Positions 11,878 through 22,441 of a stretch of DNA of 64,000 bases are shown here, in pieces. The DNA comes from Callorhinchus milii (Eukaryota). The notes under the pieces were generated by a model. It ran no database searches and was not told where the DNA came from. It saw only the letters and a program-made list of their open reading frames with translations. Location of the stretch: the NCBI RefSeq assembly GCF_018977255.1, contig NW_024704742.1:39868001-39932000 (forward strand), read 5' to 3'. Position numbers and translations under genes: made by a program. How positions within the stretch are numbered: the first letter of the stretch is position 1; each line of letters opens with the position of its first letter.

Positions 11878-13110
11878 TATTTTGCAGCCTCTGACACAGC
11901 CGGCTGTTTAGGCTGCAGAAAGTAATTTTCAAACGATTAAAGTGCAAGAGTTTCTCAGCATTCTTTGGTCACATAAACTATTCTTGTACTGACCAACTTC
12001 TGTCAAAACAAAGACAAGTATTTTGGTCATCTGATGCCATTCAGCTGCAGTTGGCAAACTACAAGCTCTCAATGACACTCCAGATGTGCAGCTTTCCTAA
12101 ACGCTTCACAAGGGAACCACAATATGTTGACACAATGAACCTTTCCTCCTCCTTTTTTGCAACAATTAAAGGAGGCTACTTCTCTAGCATACATCTTAGT
12201 GATATATTTTGTGCCACTTTGTACCTCTCCAAAGGCTTCTGTGATCTAACTGGGCCAAGCCTGCAGATTTATTTGCGTTGTCTGCCAAGTCAGGCAGGAA
12301 ATTAGAACCTGGATAGATTTCTAAAGCAGTCTGTGCAAAGCTAGAATTTTCCAAACCTCATTCCGACTTCCAACATCCTTTTTATACAAATCCTTGGTAT
12401 TTATGTTCATTCATGAAAACTGGAACCACACAGACGGGGACATTTATAAATCTAAAAGAATTCAGAGAACTAGGTGTGCAGTGAGTTAAAACACTGACAG
12501 AATGAAAGTTTTCTCACTGATGGATTTTATGGATCTTAAGTGAAATTAATTATAAAGTCTCAAAATAGTTCCTGTTTAGTATGGTTATGAGCCTCTATTT
12601 TCAAGTGACTTTTCTCCCTTGGTTTCCCCAGGCAATGTGCCAACTCCAAGAGCAAACTCTCTGCCCATTGCCACAGCAACTCAGAAGTGGCCACTTTGTA
12701 CCTCACCAAAGGCTTCAGTGAAACTACTAGGCCTGGTCTGAGGATGTATTCATGTTGTCTGCCAATACAGCTGGAAAATGAAACATTCAAAAGAAGCGCA
12801 AGCTCTACATTCCTCTCCTTGATCACATGGGAAAAGATATATTAGTCATGATTTAGATACTCTTAAACGTGGTCCTAGGTTTCAGACGCCCAGCTAAAAC
12901 AAATTGTTTGACAAAGTAATGACTCTCTGTGCAACTTATTCAGTGGTATGTTGGTAATGGTGGGATTGCACTCAAAGTGAAAGAGACACATAGCTTTTTT
13001 TTGTTAATGCGATCAACCAGGAGGCCGGAGCCAGTCAAGCGGAGACAATAGGTACTGGATTCGGGAGTAGACAGGTGAAGTCATGGTGACCTTCTTACTC
13101 CCCAACCTAC

Positions 13111-13782
13111 TGTGATGGTATACGGGCACAGTAAGTGGGCTCTGATGGTGTGTGGGCACTGTAAGTGGGCTGGGATGGTGTATGGACACAGAAAGTGGGC
13201 TGAGATGGTGTATGGACACAGAAAGTGGGCTGGTACTGTGTATGGGGACAGTAAGTGGGCTGTGACGGTGTATGGGCACAGTAAGTGGGCTGGGATGGTG
13301 TATGGACACAGAAAGTGGGCTGGTATTGTGTATGGGGACAGTAAGTGGGCTGTGACGGTGTATGGGCACAGTAAGTGGGCTGGGATGGTGTATGGACACA
13401 GAAAGTGGACTGAGATGGTGTATGGGGACAGTAAGTGGGCTGTGACGGTGTATGGGCACAGTAAGTGGGCTGGGATGGTGTATGGACACAGAAAGTGGGC
13501 TGGTATTGTGTATGGGGACAGTAAGTGGGCTGTGACGGTATATGGGCACAGTAAGTGGGCTGGGATGGTGTATGGACACAGAAAGTGGGCTGGTATTGTG
13601 TATGGGGACAGTAAGTGGGCTGTGACGGTGTATGGGCACAGTAAGTGGGCTGGGATGGTGTATGGACACAGAAAGTGGGCTGAGATGGTGTATGGGGACA
13701 GTAAGTGGGCTGTGACAGTGTATGGGCACAGTAAGTGGGCTGTGACGGTGTATGGGCACAGTAAGTGGGCTGGGATGGTGTG
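13111..13782. repeat. 30-bp minisatellite, 22 full units plus a partial unit
   Basis: Unit approximately TGNGATGGTGTATGGRCACAGWAAGTGGGC with an exact 30-bp period. Confidence 0.98.
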
Positions 13783-14944
13783 CAATCTTCTTGATGTGGT
13801 AAAACAACAGATATGAAAAAGTGATTCTCAGAAAAGAATGAACATGACTGGTATAGGCACGAGAACTAGGGATTTCAGGTGTGCAGCAGAAGCCTCTGGC
13901 TTGAAGTACTACTGGAGCTGCTCTTGGCCATTTCCAGTGCTCCCAACACCTGCAAACAGCCAGACAGGCACAGTGAGTTGCATCTCATATACCACCCCTC
14001 ACCCCCTAGACACCCGTATTTACCTCCCAGTCCCTCCTCATGTTGTCATATCTCCCACTCCGCGTCTTCCCTCCCCTCACCTTCCCCCGCCCCCCCCCAC
14101 CCCCATTACCTCCACCACTGGTCAGAAGCTGGTATGATGATAAATTATATATGTGGTGGATATAATAGCGGACAGGAGGGAGAGTGGGAGGGGGACAGCA
14201 TGGGAATCGGGGGTTCAGCACGCCCATTATTCCAGCACCACTGATTAATGGCCGCTAACTCCCCTTTAGAATCCACGTTATTGTGAAAACTAGGGTGCAT
14301 TTATATCTGAAATCTCTCAGTACAATGAAAACCTTTCTTAAGTGAGACATTTTCAGGAAAAATAAATTGATTTATCTGTGTTTGTATTGCCTGGATACAC
14401 TGAGCACCACATAGTGAACAGTACCATGAAGCTTGACTCAGAAATATATATATATGTCATTCAGTTACCCCTGATTGCCAAGCGCTGTCAAGCAATGTCA
14501 GTCATACATTGCTAAGTAGACAGTGGTCTAATGTCTGCAAGCAGTTTTTACTAGTTACGTGAAGTAAACTGTTAAATGGGATGTGAATAACAATCAAGAT
14601 AATGTTCATTCTGAAAGTGGCCAGTGAGATTAGAATAAAATAATTAGAAATTAGGAGGATAAAAAATGACATTTATTATTTGTTTTGGACAATCAACTGC
14701 GAGGTAAGTACTTTAAATTCTTTACAGTATACCTACATTTTTAAATAGGTTATTTAGCCACTTGAGTAAGCAAGCTATCTTTTCAAATGATAGATAATTT
14801 GGCCCATCATCTCTGTCTGGTTGCTAGATCCTTCAATGCAGTTCACTACTCTAATTCTATGCTGTTCCTCTTTCTCCACACACTTTAATATTATGCTTTC
14901 CTTAAATATTTAACCAATTCACTTTCTCAATCAACTTTTGTTCA

Positions 14945-15063
14945 ATTGTGTTTTGCCCACGAAATACACAGTCAATTCATTTTACAGTATATTCTGTGAA
15001 GCACTTTGAGATGTCTCGAAGAAGTGATAAGGCGCTATATCAAATGCAAGGATTATTATTATT
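14945..15063 (+). mobile_element. Deu-SINE 3' tail fragment
   Basis: AAATACACAGTCAATTCA...GTGATAAGGCGCTATATCAAATGCAAGG(ATT)n. Confidence 0.85.
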
Positions 15064-15589
15064 GTCCTTCACTAATCAAGAAAAAGTGAGTTATCTTTGA
15101 AATATCATAAATTATACTCTGATGAATAATTATATTTTGCAAAGTCCTTGTGAATTTAAATTTTGTAGCTTTCTTTAAAAAAAAGGAACCTTTATCCTGA
15201 TGGGAAAAAAAATCTGAAAATCCTAGAGATTGAGGTCAAGGACCTTGACACTGACACTGGGTTGTTGCAACATTCAATGACGGCATGGTACTCTTTTTGT
15301 CCACTAGAGGACACTGAAACAACCAGCTATATTGTGAAGAAAGATGTAGTCTCTTGGAAACATATGACTTACAAATTATTTTCCATTTATGAAATTTCTT
15401 GAATATATTGAGTTTCATTTCTAATTTTTAATCCTTTTTGTTTCAGAATGTGAGCACTAAGAGCTTCTAGGCTAGGTCCATTTCACATATGCACATAGAC
15501 ATCAACTTCATCATCCAAGTAAATTACTAGGTCTGAATTGATCTTTTTTTACCATAAGTACTTAACACAAAGCTTATTACTGTAGCAGT

Positions 15590-15970
15590 TGCAAAGGAGA
15601 GAAATGAGGATGATCCCAAGTCCTGTGAGCAGTGATAAGATAAGATAGGGCTCTTCATTCTTGAAAAGAGATATCATAAAGGCAAGCATATTGAGGTATA
15701 TAAGATTTTAAATCGGATTAAGAATGTAAACCCAGAGCAATACTTTCAGATGCAGAGACAGCAGAACAAGATGCTACAGGTTTACGTTGGAAAAGGCAAT
15801 TTCAGGATAGAGACCGGGAAATGTTTTTTTACCCAGAAGGTAACAACTCGAACAGGTTACCAACAAGGCTGGTTGAAACCAGTAGCTGCACTCATTTAAA
15901 AATCAGCCAGGTGCTGTGATGGGAGGATAGTAGGGCGAGCGTTTTGGAAGAATCAGATCAAATGGGCCAG
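15590..15970 (+). mobile_element. Old, degraded CR1 3' fragment
   Basis: GLFILEKR-like, IEVYKIL and FFTQKV remnants. Confidence 0.65.
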
Positions 15971-16297
15971 GTTCAGATCCAATTTGTCCAATTTGCCCAA
16001 GTGCAAGTGAAGAAGTATATTTCTGGACTTCCTTTTAATATTATTAATAATAAATAATAATCCTTGCATTTGGTATAGCTCTTTTACTTCAGGAGGACAT
16101 CCCAATTATATCTGCTGAAAGGTGATTTCTGGATTTGTGACATTGAATAATTATTTTATACCTGTTTTGACTCTTGTAGCAATTATTGTATGTAGTAATT
16201 GTAAAATAAAGTGCTTAATATTTTCTGGACAATAGTTTGGTGTTTTCATGCTAACTGGAATTGTGGCATTAAACTCCACTAATGGGAGTACTCATAC

Positions 16298-16325
16298 CTG
16301 CCATCTACATAGTGCGGGCTCAAAG
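16298..16325 (-). CDS. Candidate 28-nt exon (LSPHYVDG in phase 1->2)
   Basis: Minus strand: cttttattttcctctcaataattgcag|CTTTG...GGCAG|gtatga. Confidence 0.3.
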
Positions 16326-16688
16326 CTGCAATTATTGAGAGGAAAATAAAAGCAGGGTCTCCTTGGGACTGAGCTAGTTGCAGGATGACGTGATTGGCAA
16401 TAAAATATTGGAGTCAACTTAACTCTCTGGTGATCTTGGTAGTCAATTACCACAATAATGATCATTAAAGGCACAGTTTTGGCAATGGTAATAAGTGGAG
16501 AATATACAAAGGCAATTATTAGCAGATAGATGGAACTTGCATTTATAAATATCATGCAAAGTATATATCCAAGTCTTTTCCTCATACAAAAGGGCAATAA
16601 ATGTAAAAAATGATGGCAAATATAACAGTAAGGGTAAACAGTAAATAACGCCATCAATATTATTGTACCCCATATTTATGTCACTTAC

Positions 16689-16712
16689 AAAGGATAGCCA
16701 AATGTGTACATG
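16689..16712 (-). CDS. Candidate 24-nt microexon
   Basis: Minus strand: ctgtgtatttgtttag|CATGTACACATTTGGCTATCCTTT|gtaagt. Confidence 0.22.
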
Positions 16713-16805
16713 CTAAACAAATACACAGTGATATAAACATGTCTCAAAAAATGACCACAAGCAAATAAAGAATAAAAATAATGGTAATCTTACAGCAACA
16801 CTCAC

Positions 16806-16814
16806 CGTCAGCAG
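16806..16814 (-). CDS. Candidate 9-nt microexon
   Basis: Minus strand: tattatttgcag|CTGCTGACG|gtgagt. Confidence 0.22.
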
Positions 16815-17184
16815 CTGCAAATAATATACATATCAATAGACTGTGATATTGCACCACTTCCCTGAAGGTGTTTCCTCATTTTCATCTGGAAGAAGTGAGG
16901 GATGATCTTCTCGGTGCTGTACATTTCCAACACAGTCAAAAAGTTGTGTTCTCTGAAGTCTAAACTAAATCAAGTCAAAGAGACAGTAGCCATGAGCAGG
17001 GTCATCAGTTGAGGTCATTTATCCTCTTAGTTAGCTTCAGATGGTAGCTTGCACTTTAAGAAGGTGGAGAAGGGTTATTTCTGTTGACTTCTGCCAAAAA
17101 TGCAGTGGTGTATGTCATAGCTTCCTCCATTCTGGCTGAAGCCCTTCCTCCACTTGGAGATCATCCCCTGTAACTTGACATAAA

Positions 17185-17450
17185 TGGACAGAAGACTCGT
17201 TTAAAGATCCTCACACTCACGTTCCAATCCATTCACTCCCTGGCACCTCACTACCTCTGGGACCTCCTCACTCCCCAATCCACCACCCGGCACCTCCGCT
17301 CGATTGGTATCGCCTCCTGCCTGTCCCTCGCGCCCTCCGCTCCATCATTGGAGGTCGTGCTTTCAGCCACTACACCCTGAAACTGTGGAACACTTGCCCC
17401 CTCTCTCCCCTTTTTCAAGTCCCAACTGAAAATCTTCTTTTTTTGGCCAT
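17185..17450 (+). mobile_element. L2 3' fragment
   Basis: AAGATCCTCACACTC...CACCTCCGCTCGA...CGTGCTTTCAGCCAC; colinear with 34230-34815. Confidence 0.8.
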
Positions 17451-17619
17451 TTGTAATAACAATACAACTTGCATTTATATAGCGCCGTTCACACAGGGTA
17501 GCATCCCGGAGCACTTTGTTGAAAATGGCCATCAGCCCCTGGTTATTGAGCATTGGGGATTCTACATAAGTAGAATGTCTCCCAGAAAAGATTTCTTGGA
17601 TGACCAAGATGTTGATTCT

Positions 17620-18020
17620 ACAACAACAACAACAACTTGGATTTATATAGCGCCCTCCACGCTGGACGGCGTCTCAGAGCGCTTCACAGTAACGGATCCC
17701 GGGGCCGAGCCAGAAGGAAGGGGAGGAAGGTGACCAAAGGTGCGGTCGAAAAGAAAGGTCTTCGGCCGAGACCTGAAAATAGGAAGAGAGGGGACGAGGC
17801 GAAGGGAGTGAAAAAGGGAGTTCCAGAGCCTCGGGGCATAGTGGCTGAAGGCACGGCCACCGATGGTGGAGCGGAGGATTCGGAGGACAAGAAGGAGGCC
17901 AGACCCGGTGGAGCGAAGGCAAAGGGCATTGTTGTGAGGAGAGAGCAGGTCAGAGAGGTAGGGGGCTGCAGAGGAGTGGAGGGATTTGAAGACAAGAGTG
18001 AGGATCCTGAAGTCAATGGG
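17620..18020 (-). mobile_element. L2 3' fragment with (GTT)n tail
   Basis: Reverse complement: GACTTCAGGATCCTCACTCTTGTCTTCAAATCCCTCCAC...TTCGACCGCACCTTTGGTCACC...GAGGGCGCTATATAAAT(GTT)n. Confidence 0.88.
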
Positions 18021-18384
18021 TCTGCTTTCCTTAGGAAACCCATCACTTTTGCTGATGTTCTACCAAACCAAAGGCTGCCACTGTCCTGATGATGGGAACT
18101 GTTTTCTTTCCCCCAACTACTTCTGTAGCATCAGCAAATTTCTGAACAACAGCTTTCCCCAATTTTAATGAAACTTTTTACTTTTAGCTGTTGCTGCTTT
18201 CAGACATAAACATCTGTCTCTTGGAGTGTTCGTGTATCTAGAAATATCCCCCTCTTATCAGAGATGTATTTTCAATTTAGCACAGAGTATTCTGTGAAAT
18301 GCTTTGAGACATCTCAAAAACGTGGTGAGGTGCTATATTAAGTGCAATGATTATTATATTACCAGTTAACGATTTGCTAGTCAA

Positions 18385-18760
18385 TCAACAACAACAACAA
18401 CAACTTGCACTTATCACCCTCCATGAGGGGTAGCGTCTCAGAGCGTTTAACAGTGGTGGAGCCTGACTTAAGGTGGAGGGATTGAGGGAGAGTGTTCCAC
18501 AGTTTCGGTGAGGAGTGGCTGCAGGCATGACCTCCAATGGTGCGAGGGATGAACAGGAGGCCAGTGCCAGTCGAGCGGAGGTGCCGGGTGGTGGATTGGG
18601 TGAGGCAGGAGGTCATAGAGCTAGTGAGGTGCCAGTGAGTGAATGGACTTGAACACGAGTGTGAGGATCTTTAAGTCGATCCATTCTGTGATAGGGAGTC
18701 GGTGGAGCCTGGCCAGAACTGGTGAGATGGGGGTACGGAGTTTGGTCCGGCTCAGTATGC
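18385..18760 (-). mobile_element. L2 3' fragment
   Basis: TRHLRSTGTGLL...[14 protein letters not shown] in ORF 18377-18616; (GTT)n tail. Confidence 0.85.
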
Positions 18761-19094
18761 CATTACATCAGCTGATAAAACTACAGTGCCGCCTCATTTA
18801 CACTGCAGGAGTGATTCATCATTGCCTCCAGCATTAAAACAATTGGGAACAAGATTCAATAGTTGTATTTCCCACTGCAAACACACAATAGCCAAGGGCT
18901 GAGGAGAGCTCTGTACGTTCACAACTAAGAACAAGCATATAGCTTGTTGAACGCAAGTTGTAATTAAACAGTTGGAAGCATGAGCAGATCTTAGCATCCG
19001 AGTTTGCCTATATAATAATCATTCACTTCATTTCTAATTAATCATGTTCTGTAAATGGCTATGACATTTGTTTTACATGAATGGTGCTAATAAA

Positions 19095-20352
19095 CCCTCC
19101 AATCGGGTTTCCATGCTGCCCAAGGCACAGAAACAGCTTTGATCAAAGTGACAATGACATTTTGTCCATCTGCCTCCTCATCCTCATTGACCTCTCTGCT
19201 GTCTTCAATACCATTGACTATTCTATCCTCCTCCACCGCCTCTACTCTCACCTTAACCTTCATGGTACGGACCTCGAATGATTCAGATCCTACCTTTTCA
19301 GCGCCTTGGGATGTCCTCCTGACGTGAAAGGCGCTTTATAAACGGAATCTTGTTGTTGTTGTTGTTGTACCTCTCGCACCGTCTCCACTACATCTCCACA
19401 ATTTTTTTTCTCTAGCCCCCGCACCGTCTCGTGCAGCATTCCTCAGAGCTCTGTCCTTGGTTCCCTCCTCTTCAATATATATATGCTCGCTCTTGACATC
19501 ATCCACAGATATGGGGTCAACCTGCACATGTATGCGGATGACACCCAACTGTATCTCCCTGCCTCCACTCTTGACTCCAGGACTATTGCTGTCCTGACAG
19601 AATGTTAGGCATCAAATCCTGGATAAGAGTTCTGTAGCTCAGTTGTTAGAGCACTCGCTTTGCAAGCGAGAGACCTGAGTTCAATTCCAGGCAGGGCCAA
19701 ACCTTGGGCAAGTTTCCTTACTCCACACAGAGCCTAATAATAATCCCTCCCAAAAAAAAAAACAATAATAAATTGGTTATTTTCAATCTACGACTGTTTG
19801 TGGGACATTGCTGTGCGCAATTGGCTGCCGCGCTCGCCCACAAATATACAGTCAATTCACTTTACAGTGTGTTCTGTGAAGCGCTTTGGGACGTCCTCCT
19901 GACGTGAAAAGCGCTATATCAAATGCAAGGATTATTATTATTATTATTATTATTATAAGAGTTAACTTTCTACACCGACTGTCAACAAGACCAAGGCCCA
20001 CTTTATTGACACCCATCAGCGCCTCCACACCTCAGGTGCTGACAGCATCACCATCCATGGATACACACTCCACCTTACTAAGCCAGTCCAGAACCTTGGC
20101 GCCTCACCATCAGGTCTTCAGCCTCTCTGCCCCCACCCTCTGGAATGCCATACCACAGTCTCTTTACCTCGCCCCCTACCTTGTAGACCCTCATCTTCGA
20201 CCGTGGCTTCGATCACTCTCCTATCCCTACCCTCCTTGCCCTCTACCCCTCCTGATCCCAACCAACTGCTTGGGTCTAAATCCTTGACTGTCAAGCACCT
20301 TGGGACGTTCTCCCAAAGTTAAAAGCTCTAAGCAAATGTAATTTGTTGTTGT
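19095..20352 (+). mobile_element. Degraded L2 (RT region to 3' end) hosting two later insertions
   Basis: LILIDLSAVFNTIDYSILLHRL, MYADDTQLY, IKSW..NFL, SAPTLWNAIP and (GTT)n tail. Confidence 0.88.
19626..19954 (+). mobile_element. tRNA/Deu SINE, short-linker subfamily, with TSD
   Basis: Head, Deu motif and (ATT)n tail present; ATAAGAGTT at 19623-19631 is repeated at 19955-19963. Confidence 0.95.
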
Positions 20353-22289
20353 TCTAAAAACTATTTTTTGAAGCTTGGCTTGAAATTCGCCGAAGTACAA
20401 ACATAATTTGATTCCTGAAACGACTGTATCTCCTGAGATGGTTGTGGGAATTGAGCTCAGAATCAAATCATTGGATTTCAAACTTGATTTATTTGGCACT
20501 TTTAGTGTTGATTTGATGAGAAAACAGTGTCAAATTGACACTAACTACAGTATAAATAAGGGAAGATACATCTGTCTATGGATAGGAGGGAAAATGGATA
20601 CGATCCAAAGGATGTATTTCATCCAGGATCTTCAATAAATCTTCTTTAGCATCTCAGCTTTGTGAAAACATGCACACATCAGTAGGATTTTCGGAGTCTG
20701 TTAGCAATAATAAAGAGCATGTGAAAGGGCAGTAAAAGAACTTACAGGAAAGAAGGAGTCTAGGAACAAGCTTTCAACAAGGATGTTACTCAGCTATTAG
20801 CTGACAATAAGCCACCTTGTGAGTTGAATGCTGAGTAACAATGTGAAGTTTATTATTAATCATTAAGGTCTCTTGGTGTTGAGTCAAAACACATTTATTT
20901 GGGGGAATGACCATGTAGAACCACAGAGATTTCAGAGAATGAAAGAGTAAAATAAATCATAATTCAGCAGTTCATCAAGTTTACCACCCAAAGGATTATC
21001 TTGTGACTCCAGATTTTCTAAGAAAACTATATTTCTGCATTGTTCTGTGAAGAATTAAGTTGCAATTGATCAGTTGTTTGGCAATGCTTGATTCTTTAAT
21101 TATGTTAAACAAAAATGTAATGTGTGGTAATTTCACATCATATCCTTGATTAAGGAAATACACATCCAAAGTACATTTGGTCAGATATTTGCCCACAAAT
21201 ATTACACTAAATACCCATGAATTGCTTTGAGACATTTGGAATATATCATCAATTTGCCTTTAGATAGCAACAACAACAACCTGCATTTACATAGCTCCCC
21301 TCACACAGGGTAGCGTCCTAGACAGTGGAGGAACATGATGCTGAGCTGGGAGGGTTGGGGAGGTGACCATAGGTACCCTTCATGTTGGAAAATAATAATA
21401 AATTTGATATAATGCCTTTCATGTCAGGAAGACATCTCAAAGGTTTTCACTGGATTTTCTGTCAAGTGTTTGTGACTATGTATTTTGTAGGTGAATGTTC
21501 AGAAGCGCTTCACAACGATGAAGACAGATGGTAAAAAGGGAGAAGAGGGAGTAGGAAGAGGTAGGTGACCAAAGGCAAGGTTGAAGAGATGGGTTTTACG
21601 GTGGGACATCCTCCCTTTGGTGAGTGGAAGTGACTTCTTAGGAATTTTTGATTGTTCAGCTCAGTGTAAAAAAAAGTGTGCAAAACATCAAAATTGGGTG
21701 TTAATTTTTTAATGTCATTAAAGAGGTAATGGCACAAGTCTTTAGTAACAAAATGGTCCCTCTAAGTTTTCAATCTCTAATAATAATAGGAATTCTTGCA
21801 TTTGATAAAGCGCCTTTCACATTGAGAGAATGTTTTAAAACATGGTTTTACTGAATTTTCACTGTAAAGTGTAATGGCTGTATATTTGTAGACACGCAAA
21901 TCTTTCCAATAGAATCCCAGATCAATTTTATAGGGAACATGAAGGAGAGGAGGTGGATTATTTATACTATAGCAGTGCAAATCCAACTGCTCCTGAAAAC
22001 AACCTCCAGTTGTGCCAGCAATTGTACTCAATCAATACCACTTTCTATTAAATGTTTTGTATATAAAAGTAGAGTTAGACAGTGTTACAGGCAAAGATGT
22101 ATGAACAGGCTTCAGAAGATGAATGTTTAATTCTAAACAATGCAACTGCATTCAGTGACAACCACAAGCTTCTAAATTATTCTCAGTATAAATGCTGTCT
22201 AGTATGTATTGTCATCCCAAAACCTGTCTGTAAGGTAAATGTAGAGACCACTAGTATTACAATACAGTTTATATAATGCCTTTCAAGTA

Positions 22290-22441
22290 CTGTATTTACT
22301 TGAATTAAGGCAATCCAAATCTAAGATGCAGGAAGATTTTAGATGCTTTGTGGGGGTGGGGAATCACTTCTAAGATGTTTTTGATACTAAGGCTCATCTT
22401 GATTTTGGAGCGACCCATGTCTTAGATCTGAATAAATACAC
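22290..22441. mobile_element. Tc2/pogo-like MITE remnant
   Basis: Imperfect TIRs: CTGTATTTACTTGAATTAAGGCA versus reverse complement GTGTATTTATTCAGATCTAAGACA; preceded by TA; resembles CCGTATTT-type Tc2 TIRs. Confidence 0.6.

Noticed and set aside
13111..13782. CRISPR-like regular array
   Set aside because: No unique spacers, the units are contiguous variants, there are no cas genes, and the context is vertebrate.
13013..13816. The three longest ORFs (234-264 aa, His/Pro- or Trp/Gly-rich 10-aa repeats)
   Set aside because: They are a by-product of a 30-bp tandem repeat lacking stops in several frames on both strands, with no gene context.
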